This document shows, one piece after another, positions 7,976-17,660 of a stretch of DNA of 64,000 nt. Positions within the stretch are counted from its first letter, which is position 1, and each line of letters starts with the position of its first letter. The notes under the pieces are model-generated. The model did no database searches. It saw only the letters and a list, made by a program, of their open reading frames with translations, and was not told the origin of the DNA. Source of the stretch: Pseudomonadota bacterium (GTDB lineage Bacteria; Chloroflexota; Ktedonobacteria; Ktedonobacterales; JADMIN01). The stretch spans positions 82 through 64,081 of the forward strand of contig JAJPIU010000192.1 of NCBI GenBank assembly GCA_021324535.1, written 5' to 3'. A program made the translations under genes and the position numbers.

Positions 7976-9388
7976 ATGTGGCTCACCGGGCCAATCGGGG
8001 AGGATATGCCCATGCGACACACCACATCCGAGACGACCCACGCTTTCCTCAGCGATGCTCAGGACGCTTACGATGCTTACAGCGTGCATCCCTATGCGCT
8101 TCCTGACGACATCAACGGCGCTCCTGTACTTCACCATCTTCAGAGTGTCCATCATGTCCAGGCGCATGAGATGTATGAGGAGCACATAGCGCACGAGCGA
8201 CCTGAATTAACCGACGCGCGCGCCATCTTCCGCGCATGGCGGCTGGGCGAGGTGTTGGCGGTCGCACTCCCCGCGACGGGCGCCATCCATAGGACGCTTC
8301 TCCTCACCACCACTACAGGCCCGTATGTGGTGCGCGGCTATCGCCACGCCGAGCGCGCTCCCGTCGAGCGTGAGCATGCGCTGATTGCTTATATGCAGGC
8401 CCAAGGCATTCCTGCGCCCGCGCCACTTGCCATGCCAGACGGCGAAACGATCCTTGAATACAACGGCGGTTACTATGCGTTGTTCCCCTTTGCCAGAGGT
8501 GTTCATGTGCTGCGTACACAGCTTAGCCCGCGCGGAGCCGCAACGATGGGCGCATTCCTGGGCAAACTTCATCGTGCGCTGGCCGACGTCCCCCATGATG
8601 ACGCGCGCCGCCGCGACCTGCGCGTAGATACCTCCGAAGCCATCCAGGAAGCCATCGAACTCGAAGCCATTATGCGCCAGCATCCCCTGCGTGACGAAGT
8701 GGATCGGCGTGCCTTTGCGCGTCTGCTCAGCCAGCGCCAGTGGCTCGAACGCCAATCCGAAGATGCCCGCGCGCAGGCAGAAGGCGCACGGCGTGCGCTT
8801 TTTGCCTTGCCGACCCAACTCATTCATGGCGACTATCAGGATACCAATCTCTTCTTTGAAGACGAGACCGAGCGGGCGATCAGCGCGATTCTCGACTGGG
8901 ATCCCGCCTATATTGCGCCGCGCGCCTTCGAGGTCATTCGCACGCTCGACATCGTGTTCAACCTTGAGCCAGCCCGCTGTCAGGCGTTCATCGCCGCCTA
9001 TCGCGCCAGTTATCGTCAGGCGCAGGCTGAATCTCTTGCCCCCATAGCAACCTACGCGCATGAATATAGGGCGGCAGAAGCGACCCATCGGCGCGGATGG
9101 ATTCCCCTTGAACTGGCGTTGCGCTGGGGAACACATAACGTTGGCGCGATACAGCCGGTTCACCTGGCCACGTCAGCCTACGGGCCAACAACAACTGATC
9201 CGCTGCCGCTTGAGGAACTCGATCTCGCCGCCGCCGTCTATAGCTGGACACGCGCCCACGGCTTCTGGATTTACTGGGAGGTCTACCGGCACGGTAACAA
9301 CCGTGTGCGGCGCTTCATTGGCCCAGCGGAGTTTATCCCCTTTATCGAAGGCTGGCGGATGATGCGCCACTACCTTCGCCATTTCTAA
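7976..9388 (+). CDS. phosphotransferase of the aminoglycoside/choline-kinase (APH, protein-kinase-like) fold
   Basis: Brenner-type catalytic motif LIHGDYQDTNLFF followed by ILDWD. An N-terminal lobe with VVRGY and an extra roughly 100-aa C-terminal extension are present. The exact start is uncertain. Confidence 0.7.
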   Translation: MWLTGPIGEDMPMRHTTSETTHAFLSDAQDAYDAYSVHPYALPDDINGAPVLHHLQSVHHVQAHEMYEEHIAHERPELTDARAIFRAWRLGEVLAVALPATGAIHRTLLLTTTTGPYVVRGYRHAERAPVEREHALIAYMQAQGIPAPAPLAMPDGETILEYNGGYYALFPFARGVHVLRTQLSPRGAATMGAFLGKLHRALADVPHDDARRRDLRVDTSEAIQEAIELEAIMRQHPLRDEVDRRAFARLLSQRQWLERQSEDARAQAEGARRALFALPTQLIHGDYQDTNLFFEDETERAISAILDWDPAYIAPRAFEVIRTLDIVFNLEPARCQAFIAAYRASYRQAQAESLAPIATYAHEYRAAEATHRRGWIPLELALRWGTHNVGAIQPVHLATSAYGPTTTDPLPLEELDLAAAVYSWTRAHGFWIYWEVYRHGNNRVRRFIGPAEFIPFIEGWRMMRHYLRHF

Positions 9389-9409
9389 GCCAACTCTTAG
9401 CCCGAACAC

Positions 9410-9438
9410 CTGACGTTCTCAACGCGCCATGCTAGAAT
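9410..9438 (+). promoter_or_regulatory. putative promoter CTGACG-N17-TAGAAT upstream of the hydroxylase gene
   Basis: -35 at 9410-9415 and -10 at 9433-9438. Direct repeats TGTTCCAT (9449, 9461) and GGCGTGAAT (9479, 9490) follow it. A strong SD (AAGGAGG) precedes ATG 9528. Confidence 0.35.
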
Positions 9439-9527
9439 TGCCTCACAGTGTTCCATACGATGTTCCATTCGCCTCACTGGCGTGAATCCGGCGTGAATAA
9501 TGAGCAAGAGTATGTAAGGAGGTCAGT

Positions 9528-10436
9528 ATGCTTGGCGCGGCGATTGGCGCGTTCTTGCGATCGGATGTTGGCAAGGCCATTCTTGGCTTTGCCGTCTTGC
9601 TGGTGTTATTCTGGATTCTGGAGTCGCTCTGGCCGGAGGATCGCCAGCAGCCCAAGATTCGCAAGGGCGTGCTGACCGACATGCTCTACTATTTCATCCT
9701 GATCCCAGCGACGAAAGTGCTCAGCACCATCGTGATCGTCATCGCAGTCTTCATCACCCTGCGCTTCATCCCTCATCGCCAGATACCGCTGATCGCCGAT
9801 CAGCCGGGCTGGGCGCAGGCGCTTGAAATCTTACTCATTGGCGATCTCATCGGCTACTGGACACATCGCGCCTTCCATAGCTTCTCGCCACTGTGGCCAT
9901 TCCACGCGGTGCATCATAGCTCCGAGCAGGTGGACTGGCTCTCGTCAGTGCGTGTACATCCCATTGATACTGTCGCCAGCAAGCTCTGCGTCACCCTGCC
10001 GATCTTTCTGCTCGGCTTCTCAGGCGCGTTCCTGGCGCCGTATACGCTCTTCCTGGTGATCTACCCAATCCTGCTGCACGCCAACGTCTCCTGGACGTAT
10101 GGCCCCTTCAAGTACGTGATCGCCAGCCCGGCCTACCATCGCTGGCACCACGCTGCAGAGGAGGTCTCGCTCTACAAAAACTTCAGCGGCCTCTTCCCCA
10201 TCGTAGACATCATCTTTGGCACAGCCTACTTCCCCAACCACAAGCCCAGCCGTTATGGGCTGTACCAGGATCATATGTCAAACAATATCTTCGCCCAGTT
10301 GTGGTATCCCTTCAGGCGGCGCAAGCCCACGCCGCCCCCCGCGCCTCAAACGCCAACCGCGCCGCAGTTTGTCCCAGGCTATCCATTGCCCTATGGCGCT
10401 ACACAGCCGCAGCCACAGGCGCCGCAGTATCCCTGA
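9528..10436 (+). CDS. fatty acid hydroxylase / sterol desaturase superfamily membrane protein
   Basis: Three His boxes (HRAFH, HAVHH, HRWHH) in a polytopic membrane protein. Pro/Gln-rich C-terminal tail. Confidence 0.85.
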   Translation: MLGAAIGAFLRSDVGKAILGFAVLLVLFWILESLWPEDRQQPKIRKGVLTDMLYYFILIPATKVLSTIVIVIAVFITLRFIPHRQIPLIADQPGWAQALEILLIGDLIGYWTHRAFHSFSPLWPFHAVHHSSEQVDWLSSVRVHPIDTVASKLCVTLPIFLLGFSGAFLAPYTLFLVIYPILLHANVSWTYGPFKYVIASPAYHRWHHAAEEVSLYKNFSGLFPIVDIIFGTAYFPNHKPSRYGLYQDHMSNNIFAQLWYPFRRRKPTPPPAPQTPTAPQFVPGYPLPYGATQPQPQAPQYP

Positions 10437-11267
10437 TCAGGCTTCCAGCCGCTCGCGCACACGACGCGCCAGAGCGGCGCGCGCCTCGTCGGGAAAGCCG
10501 CTCAGGCCAGGGATGTCGTTGTATTCCAGACAAACCAGTTCGCCATCAGGCGTTTCCAGGAAGTCAAGCCCCAGGATGTCGGCTTCGAGCCGCTCCATCA
10601 TGCGTGTGGTATATTCGCCTGCCAACAACGGAACTTCGATGAGCGTATACTCGGCGCGTCCGGCGTTCACCTTCCAGGAGGAGACGCTGCGGCGCGCCAT
10701 CGCCCACATTTGCTCGCCAATTGCCAGGCAACGGATGTCACGCTGATAGGCGATATACGGCTCGATAGTCGCGTAGTCGTCAGCGGCGAAGGCAAGGTCT
10801 CGCGCGTCGGCCCAGGTGGCTTCATCGGCGATGCGCGCCTTGCCCAGCCCGGCGTGATAGTTCCCCGCCTTCAACACCGCTGGAAACGCTGGCTGAAACG
10901 TATCGAGCATGCCATCGCCAAGCGCCACCGAGAACGGGATGGTCGGGAGGCCAGCCTCGCGCAGTTCGTTGAGCATCGCCAGCCGGTCGTAGCCGCGAAG
11001 CAGCGTGCGCGCTGGATTGACACACGGAATTCCAGCCAGCCGAATCAATTCAAGCGCCGTGCGATGCGCAGGTTGCGGGCGAATGGCGCCCACTCGCCAC
11101 AACACCCCCTCCACTGCCAGCGTCAGGTTGTTATAGCCATCCATCACCATCAGGCGCCCATCTGAGAAACGCCAGCGGCTGCTTTGCAAACGAACACGCT
11201 CGACGGCAATGCCAGGGATATACTGCCCCCAATCGTGTTCGCCATTGACGACAATCAGCGAGTTCAT
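10437..11267 (-). CDS. ATP-grasp family protein (RimK/synapsin-like ligase fold)
   Basis: Pattern VLKAGNYHAGLGK.., YIAYQRDIRCLAIG, and LEYNDIPGL at the C-terminal Mg/ATP site. The size (276 aa) fits a minimal ATP-grasp. Substrate unknown. Confidence 0.7.
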   Translation of the reverse strand: MNSLIVVNGEHDWGQYIPGIAVERVRLQSSRWRFSDGRLMVMDGYNNLTLAVEGVLWRVGAIRPQPAHRTALELIRLAGIPCVNPARTLLRGYDRLAMLNELREAGLPTIPFSVALGDGMLDTFQPAFPAVLKAGNYHAGLGKARIADEATWADARDLAFAADDYATIEPYIAYQRDIRCLAIGEQMWAMARRSVSSWKVNAGRAEYTLIEVPLLAGEYTTRMMERLEADILGLDFLETPDGELVCLEYNDIPGLSGFPDEARAALARRVRERLEA

Positions 11268-11435
11268 GCCTCACACGTCCTCTCCAAGAATACGCCTGCG
11301 CGCGATGTGTTCGATCTCCTCCGCGTAGATACATGAGGCGTTCAGGCGCCGCAGCTGAGCAGATGTGCGTGTCCCACCCACGATCATGCCAGGCCAACCG
11401 CGCAGAGAGATGCGTTGTCATGCCTGTCTATCCTA

Positions 11436-12890
11436 CTACTCAAGCGCGTTGACCTGTGCGCGGAACTGATCGCCGCGATCAAACTCATGCAGGAAGAGGC
11501 CAAAGCTGGTGAATCCTGGCGAGAGCAACACCACATCGCCCGCCGTGGCCGCCTGGCGCGCCGCCGCTACCGCCTCTGCCATGCTGTTCAGTGGCCCAAC
11601 GACCAGCGTCTCAGTGTCATCTCGTCCTTGCGCCCGCGCCGCCGCACGCACATCAGTGGCAAACTGCTCGCTGGCGTTGCCCGCCAGGATGATCACCCGT
11701 TTCGCACGCGCCGCCGCCGCCGCAAACTCGCTGTGATCCAGATTCTTCGAGTTGCCCCCTGCGATCAGCACGATTGGCTCGTCGAAGCTGGCAAGCGCCG
11801 CGATGCCAGCCATCGGCGCCGTGCTGGCGCTATCGTTGACATACGCCACGCCATCCAGTCGCCGCACAATCTCAAGCCGGTGTGGCGCGCCATCGAATGT
11901 GGTCAGCGCCGTGCGGATCACCTCAGGAGCGACGCCTACCAGTTCCGCCGCCAGGGCCGCCGCCTGCGCATTGCCAATGTTGTGTGCTCCACGCAGACGC
12001 ACGGCGTTGGCATAGGCGAAGGGGCGCGTCTGCGTTGGCTCCGCGCGCGGATAGGCCAGCAGCCGTTTCGGGCTATACAGCCAGACATGCTCACTGGGCG
12101 CCTGCGCGCTATAGCGCAGGGAATAGTCGTTATCGGCGTTGAAGATGGCGATGTCGTCGGGACGCTGATAGCGAAAGATGCTCGTCTTCGCCTCGCCATA
12201 GTCATCCATCGAGTTGTATGCGTTGAGATGATCGGGCATCAGATTAGTGAAGATCGCCAGATACGGACTTTGCTTGATGGTGTGCAATCCTTCGAGCATC
12301 CAGTTTCCCAGCTCCAGCACAATCCAGCTTTCAGGCGTAATCTGCGGCAAAAGCGAGAGCGTCTCGATACCGCCGACGTTGCCGCCAAGCAACGGCGCGT
12401 AGCCTGCCTCCGTGAGGATGTGGTGCAACAGCAGCGTGGTGGTTGTCTTGCCGCGTGTGCCTGTCACGCCCAGGATGCGCCCGACGCATGCCCGGAAGAA
12501 CCAGGCGATCTCCATCTCCACCCGCACGCCCGCCGCCAGCGCCGCCGCCAGATAGGGTGAATCGCGCCGGACGTTCGGGTTGCGCACGACCACATCCGCC
12601 TGGGTAAAGTCTGCCTCGTCGTGGCGGCCCAACACATAGCGAATTGGCAAGCCTTCGAGCTTCGCAATGCTGGGGGCAAGCATCTCAGCGGATCGCAGAT
12701 CCGTTACCGTCACCTCGGCGGCGCCCTGGGCCACAGCATAGCGCGCCGACGCGACCCCGCCCGCCAATAAGCCCAGCCCCATCACCAACACACGCCGTCC
12801 GCGCAGCATATTCGGATCATCGCGCTCGTTCGTTGGCTCCTGCGTCCTTCCATCGTCCATCCCACCCATAGGGGACTCCTCCTGGCACAA
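11436..12890 (-). CDS. murD: UDP-N-acetylmuramoyl-L-alanine--D-glutamate ligase
   Basis: N-terminal Rossmann VLVMGLGLLAGG, P-loop GVTGTRGKTTTT, and Mur-ligase middle and C-terminal motifs (DHLNAY, PHRLE, NDSASTAP). It is not embedded in a dcw cluster here. Confidence 0.9.
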   Translation of the reverse strand: MCQEESPMGGMDDGRTQEPTNERDDPNMLRGRRVLVMGLGLLAGGVASARYAVAQGAAEVTVTDLRSAEMLAPSIAKLEGLPIRYVLGRHDEADFTQADVVVRNPNVRRDSPYLAAALAAGVRVEMEIAWFFRACVGRILGVTGTRGKTTTTLLLHHILTEAGYAPLLGGNVGGIETLSLLPQITPESWIVLELGNWMLEGLHTIKQSPYLAIFTNLMPDHLNAYNSMDDYGEAKTSIFRYQRPDDIAIFNADNDYSLRYSAQAPSEHVWLYSPKRLLAYPRAEPTQTRPFAYANAVRLRGAHNIGNAQAAALAAELVGVAPEVIRTALTTFDGAPHRLEIVRRLDGVAYVNDSASTAPMAGIAALASFDEPIVLIAGGNSKNLDHSEFAAAAARAKRVIILAGNASEQFATDVRAAARAQGRDDTETLVVGPLNSMAEAVAAARQAATAGDVVLLSPGFTSFGLFLHEFDRGDQFRAQVNALE

Positions 12891-13118
12891 ACTATCCCAC
12901 TGAAACGTCTAAAGCGATGGAAGGCGTCCATACGCCCCTGACGCGCCTGGTCGCGCTCAACCAGAGAAATCATAACACATAGACCATGCGGCATGTGTGG
13001 TTGCCAGCGAAGAAAACATAGGCTATACTGGCCTATAGTTGTATGGCGTCTAGCGAGTCAAACGCAAACGAACGAACCAGGCGGCCAGCGCCAACATGCC
13101 AGCAGGAAGGACGAAGTT

Positions 13119-14018
13119 GTGTATACATGCAAGCGATGCGGCGCCAACGCGCTAGATGCGCGGGGCCTCTGTCACAACTGCGGCTGGCAGGCGACAGCAA
13201 ACGACTTCTATGCCAATGATGACGCCCCCTCATTGGGCGAGACCCGCGCCGCCGAAGCGCCGTTCACACCTTCCTCGCTGACCTCCCAGGCGACACGCAT
13301 CCAGGGCGCTATGCAGCAAGGGCCTGTTCAGGGCGCGCCAGGGCCGCAGGGCATCCCAGGGATACAAGCGCCCCAGAGTATGCAAGGGCAAGGGCAAGGG
13401 CGACCCCGCCCGATGATGTCTGGCCCGATCGGCGGCGCAGGCGGAACCCGCATCATGACGCCGCCACCTCTGCCACCCACACGCGGCCCACGCAGCGCCA
13501 GCAACCCGCAAGATGGGCTGACGAATACGCCGCTGTTCTGTGGGACATGCGGCGCGCGTCTGGAAGATGGGCAGGCGTTCTGTGGTCAATGTGGCTCACA
13601 GGTTGACCAGGGCGGCGGAGGGCTGGCTGCGCGTGTGGGCGCTGGGGCAACCATCGCTTCGCCCCCACCGCTTTCCAATGGCGTCAGCGCGCCTCTTCGC
13701 TACCGCGTTGGCGAGGAACATGGTTGGGAGGGCGACAACGACGCTCCCACGGAGATGTTCACCGAGGCGGCGCCAGCACGCAGCGCCTATGGCGGCTACA
13801 GCGTCTATGGGCAGGCAGGCGCTCGCTCGCATGTGGCCACCCCACCGGCCTATGGAAGCCGCCGCTATGAAGATGAATTGGATAACGGCGACGAACTGGG
13901 CGCTCCCGCCGCTCATTCCACCCGCACGACAAAGATAGTATTTGGCGTGTTGTGCCTGTTAGGCAGCCTGATTACGGCGGTCGCCGCTATCGTCCTTGCG
14001 CTGCTGACGTTTCACTGA
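13119..14018 (+). CDS. double zinc-ribbon protein with a C-terminal transmembrane anchor
   Basis: CKRCG..CHNCG and CGTCG..CGQCG ribbons are separated by a Pro/Gly/Gln-rich linker. There is a terminal hydrophobic helix. GTG 13119 with AGGAAGGA SD is preferred over the upstream ATG 12993. Confidence 0.6.
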   Translation: MYTCKRCGANALDARGLCHNCGWQATANDFYANDDAPSLGETRAAEAPFTPSSLTSQATRIQGAMQQGPVQGAPGPQGIPGIQAPQSMQGQGQGRPRPMMSGPIGGAGGTRIMTPPPLPPTRGPRSASNPQDGLTNTPLFCGTCGARLEDGQAFCGQCGSQVDQGGGGLAARVGAGATIASPPPLSNGVSAPLRYRVGEEHGWEGDNDAPTEMFTEAAPARSAYGGYSVYGQAGARSHVATPPAYGSRRYEDELDNGDELGAPAAHSTRTTKIVFGVLCLLGSLITAVAAIVLALLTFH

Positions 14019-14445
14019 CCGCAGACTCGCTGGCCGCAGCTTCACTGGCGCCAGCCGGGCGCGGATACTCCCGGTAGAATCGCTTGCCCAGCCGCCAGCC
14101 CAGCCGCGCCAGACTTACAAAGCACACCAGCCAAACGATCACCGTCAGTATGCCGGCCAACCAGGCGCCTCCATACCCCAAATGTGGGAAGAGCGCGGCT
14201 CCAACCAATCCAAAGAGGATGTAGCCTAGCGGCGCCAGCACCAACCCCAATACGACACCCATCAGGCAGCCCAGGTAGCCACCATGCGTCGGCCAGTCGT
14301 CGTAACCCGGAGGGGTCGCACCCTCATACGGGTCATCAGGGCTATCGGGGCCAACGAGGAGGTCGCTCGACTCGGATGTCTCATAAGGGTCGGCTGATTG
14401 TGGGATGTCTGCCTTGTCTTCCGGCGGGTTGGGTTCTTCTGGCAC
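13987..14445 (-). CDS. small membrane protein, unknown function
   Basis: Acidic/Pro-rich N-terminus followed by about 3 hydrophobic helices. Its 3' end overlaps the convergent zinc-ribbon gene by 32 nt. Confidence 0.5.
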   Translation of the reverse strand: MPEEPNPPEDKADIPQSADPYETSESSDLLVGPDSPDDPYEGATPPGYDDWPTHGGYLGCLMGVVLGLVLAPLGYILFGLVGAALFPHLGYGGAWLAGILTVIVWLVCFVSLARLGWRLGKRFYREYPRPAGASEAAASESAVSETSAAQGR

Positions 14446-14613
14446 GATGGTCTCTTATCCTCTCAGGGCGCAAACAGAAAAGAAGCGAAAAGAACAGGCT
14501 GCGCGTCCATCTTGATGACTATGGTCGTTCTGTCAGATGGTACAGCGTGCAGCGCGTAACGTCCATTTCGCGCCGCTTCACCTTCGTTCGTCTTCGCTTG
14601 CCCTCATTCATCC

Positions 14614-15345
14614 TCATTCGCCCTCGGTATCGTCTGGCTCCTCGCTGTCCTCTTCGCCGAGAATGATCGCGCGAAGCGCCGCTTCACCTTCGTTGGTGGC
14701 AAGGGCAAAGATATGATCATCACTCTGAATCACCGTGTCACCCTGAGGAGTGATTTTTTCGTCGCCACGAATGATGAGCGCGAGGTTGACCGTGATAGGA
14801 AGATCAAGCGAACGAATGGTACGCCCGCTAATCGCCGACTCGGAAGGAACCACTACCTCAACTAATCCTAATCCTGCTCGATGCAATTCAGCCAGATGAA
14901 TCAGCGAATAGTGTGGAATCTGGGTCTCGATCATGCTGAGGATGGCATTGGTCGGGCTGACGGTCATATCAATATCAAGCTTCTTGAAGAGGCGCACATT
15001 CAGTGGATTGTTGACGCGCGCAATCGTGCGGGGGACGTTGAAATGCTTCTTGGCGATCTGGCAGATAACCAGGTTGTCTTCATCATCGCCAGTGACGGCA
15101 ATAACCATCTTGGCGTTGCCGCAGCCTATCTCTTCAAGATTACGCACCTCGCAAGCGTCACCGCGTATCACCACGGAAGGGCCAAGTTCTTCCTTCAACT
15201 GCTTCACCCGCCGCGCGTCTTTATCCAACAGCACGACATCATGCCCCTGCTTGATCAGCTCTTTCGCCAGATAATAGCCTACCTGGCCGCCGCCGCCGAT
15301 CACGATATACATTGCCTCGGACTCTGTATCCGTATCCATGTTCAT
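14614..15345 (-). CDS. trkA: TrkA-type K+ transport regulatory protein (TrkA-N plus TrkA-C/RCK)
   Basis: MYIVIGGGGQVG NAD-binding GxGxxG motif, followed by an RCK C-terminal domain. It has an acidic C-terminal tail. The likely start is the internal MYIVIGGGG. Confidence 0.85.
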   Translation of the reverse strand: MNMDTDTESEAMYIVIGGGGQVGYYLAKELIKQGHDVVLLDKDARRVKQLKEELGPSVVIRGDACEVRNLEEIGCGNAKMVIAVTGDDEDNLVICQIAKKHFNVPRTIARVNNPLNVRLFKKLDIDMTVSPTNAILSMIETQIPHYSLIHLAELHRAGLGLVEVVVPSESAISGRTIRSLDLPITVNLALIIRGDEKITPQGDTVIQSDDHIFALATNEGEAALRAIILGEEDSEEPDDTEGE

Positions 15346-15405
15346 ACTTCCCGTATGCCTGACTTTCTCAGCGGTGGGCGCTGAAGGCGCCCCAGCGGGG
15401 CGACA

Positions 15406-15837
15406 CTAGCGCCGCGCCTGCGCGACGTTTTGCCGCGTTTTCTCATCGAGTTTCTCCAGAATGGCGCCCGCGCCTATCGTCGTTGGGCTGATAATGGTCA
15501 GCCCCAGCTTACGATAAATCTCTTCGCGCTTGGGATCATAAATGCGACAAACCACCGTTGGGATATTGAAGATGATCTGCGCGATCTGGGCAGCCATGAT
15601 GTTGCGGTTGTCACCGTTGGTCACGGCGATAAAGACATCTGCGGCGGCAAGCCCGGAGCGCCGAAGCACATCTATATCTGTGCCATCGCCCAATTGCGTC
15701 TGGCCCTGAAAATCTGGCTCCAGCCGCCGGAAGGAGTCGTCATCTTGATCAATGATGGTCACATTCTCTCCACGCTTGCTGAGTTGCGAGGCAAGCGTGG
15801 CGCCCACACGCCCGCAGCCAACGATCACGATATTCAT
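15406..15837 (-). CDS. TrkA-N (RCK N-terminal) domain protein
   Basis: MNIVIVGCGRVG Rossmann motif. At 143 aa it has no TrkA-C domain. It lies in tandem with the preceding trkA-like gene. Confidence 0.8.
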   Translation of the reverse strand: MNIVIVGCGRVGATLASQLSKRGENVTIIDQDDDSFRRLEPDFQGQTQLGDGTDIDVLRRSGLAAADVFIAVTNGDNRNIMAAQIAQIIFNIPTVVCRIYDPKREEIYRKLGLTIISPTTIGAGAILEKLDEKTRQNVAQARR

Positions 15838-15991
15838 AACCTGGGATGTCCTCCCCTGAGTCGTTTGCTCTGTTCAATGGCTCCATGGCGCCAAAAAGCG
15901 CCGAACCAGGTAGCGCGCGGAACACGCCTGCCCGGCATGTATGGTAGCGCAACATGAGCAGAAGATCAAATGTCAGAGGTGATCAGCGCAA

Positions 15992-17041
15992 TCAGGGGCG
16001 TACATTCGCCACATAGTCACGAAGTAGCCGTTGCAGCACAGGCGCAATCAACGCCTGGATGGCGGGATTTGCATAGCCAACCCAGGCGACAGGGCTGTGT
16101 GTATCCAGCGGCGCCCGTAGCGGCTCACCCCAGGGATCGCAGACGACGACACCGGCCTCCTGCGCAATCAAGGTTACACACACATCATAGGGATGGCAGC
16201 ACAACAACGCGGCGTCCCCCTCAGTGGCATGAATGATGGGCCGCAGGTCGGCGAGAAAGCGATCATGTCCCATCATCAGTTCATAGAGTTGACCGCCAGA
16301 CGAGATATATTCGTCGTCGAAGACCTGCGGCGACTCACCGGCCGGTGGCCCCATGACCTCGCGGAAAAGTTGCTCTTCGAGGGCTGCGGCAGCCGCCTTG
16401 GCGCCAGGGAAGAACTTGGCGATGGTGGCGAACCCGCCGGTAAGCGTCGTGGCGTGGCTAGGATACGGAGTAAATGAGGCAATCGCGCCTGTGCGCAGAT
16501 CGTGTGTCTCGCCGTGCGCTCCTTCTCCGCGCGCTGCCCAGAGTACGTCGGCCAGCGCCGCGCGCAGCGTAGGAAGCTCCGCCATCAGCGCCACCTGTAT
16601 ATCGGCCAATGTGGGGGAGCGGTCAGCGAGAGGGGCAGGAGCGATGCCAAAGAGCGCCCAGGCGCTACGCTTGCCATACATCAGGCCGCGAGTGCCGTCA
16701 ATTGGATCGACGATCAGCGTAAAGGTCGCCTGTTCGCACGGCGCGCCAGCCGGGAAGACACGCCCGCCATCCTCAAGCCCTTCGGCGATCAGCAGGAATG
16801 GCTGCTCGGCGCCCCAGCGCGCGCAAAAGTTGAGAAGCGCGCCCTCGCCATGCTCGTCAATGCGATAGATAATATCGCCGCCGCGCTCCTCGGTCGGGGC
16901 CGAAAGTTCTTCGATAGAAGAGGCGCGCATCCCCCGGCTGACGGCGGCGCGCAGGTCGAGCGCCAGTTCGCGTAGTCGCTCAACAAAATATGCGCTGGAC
17001 TGCGGCAATGGCGGGAACGATGGAAGAGACGGCTTGGCCAT
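15992..17041 (-). CDS. inositol monophosphatase / FBPase-family phosphatase
   Basis: The metal-binding signature IVDPIDGTRG and the overall family pattern are present. It directly abuts the upstream ytxH-like gene, so the two probably form an operon. Confidence 0.8.
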   Translation of the reverse strand: MAKPSLPSFPPLPQSSAYFVERLRELALDLRAAVSRGMRASSIEELSAPTEERGGDIIYRIDEHGEGALLNFCARWGAEQPFLLIAEGLEDGGRVFPAGAPCEQATFTLIVDPIDGTRGLMYGKRSAWALFGIAPAPLADRSPTLADIQVALMAELPTLRAALADVLWAARGEGAHGETHDLRTGAIASFTPYPSHATTLTGGFATIAKFFPGAKAAAAALEEQLFREVMGPPAGESPQVFDDEYISSGGQLYELMMGHDRFLADLRPIIHATEGDAALLCCHPYDVCVTLIAQEAGVVVCDPWGEPLRAPLDTHSPVAWVGYANPAIQALIAPVLQRLLRDYVANVRP

Positions 17042-17329
17042 CTATTGACCGCTCTTGGCGCGCGCGTAACTGCTCAACACTTCATCCTTTGCGCGCTGAT
17101 AGACCTCGCCGCCAAGCAGCCGCGCCTCCTCGTAACGGTTGCGCAGGCGGCCGAGCAACTCACGCGAGGGGTTGCGCTTCGTCAGCCCCCGCGTCGTCTC
17201 GCCTTCCGACGGGTTTTGTGGCCCAAAAAGCAGTGCAGCCGTCACACCGATGGCGACCCCAAGCATCACCCCTGCCCAAAATCCTGATCCTGAAGCGCGT
17301 CGTTTCGCCATATGTTTACCCCCCCTCAC
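17042..17329 (-). CDS. YtxH-like small membrane-anchored protein
   Basis: N-terminal GFWAGVMLGVAIGVTAALLFGP helix followed by a charged helical tail, typical of YtxH-domain proteins. Confidence 0.55.
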   Translation of the reverse strand: MRGGKHMAKRRASGSGFWAGVMLGVAIGVTAALLFGPQNPSEGETTRGLTKRNPSRELLGRLRNRYEEARLLGGEVYQRAKDEVLSSYARAKSGQ

Positions 17330-17348
17330 TGCTGTTTCTGATGCGCCC

Positions 17349-17393
17349 GTTACCTTCGTTACCTTCGTTACCTTCGTTACCTTCGTTACCTTC
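17349..17393. repeat. 9-bp tandem repeat (GTTACCTTC) x5
   Basis: Five perfect units, starting 20 nt upstream of the ytxH-like start codon. On the gene strand the repeat reads (GAAGGTAAC)5. Confidence 0.95.
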
Positions 17394-17660
17394 TCTGAGA
17401 AAATAGCACAGGCGAGAGATATTCCATCATCAAGACGTGTAGGGAGCCTCTGGGGTTACTAACGATGACTACTGCGATTGCCCCGCGCATCCACCTATTT
17501 ACACAACGTTACACAGCGCGCTGGCAAGCCACTTGCGATCAAGAACGATTGCTCGCAATGACCCCAAATAGCTATGCCAAGAACATGCTATCATCTTTAT
17601 TTTCGGATGATAGCATGTGTGGTTCCAGTGCGTTAGCGCAAAGCAGCGCACAACAAGGAA

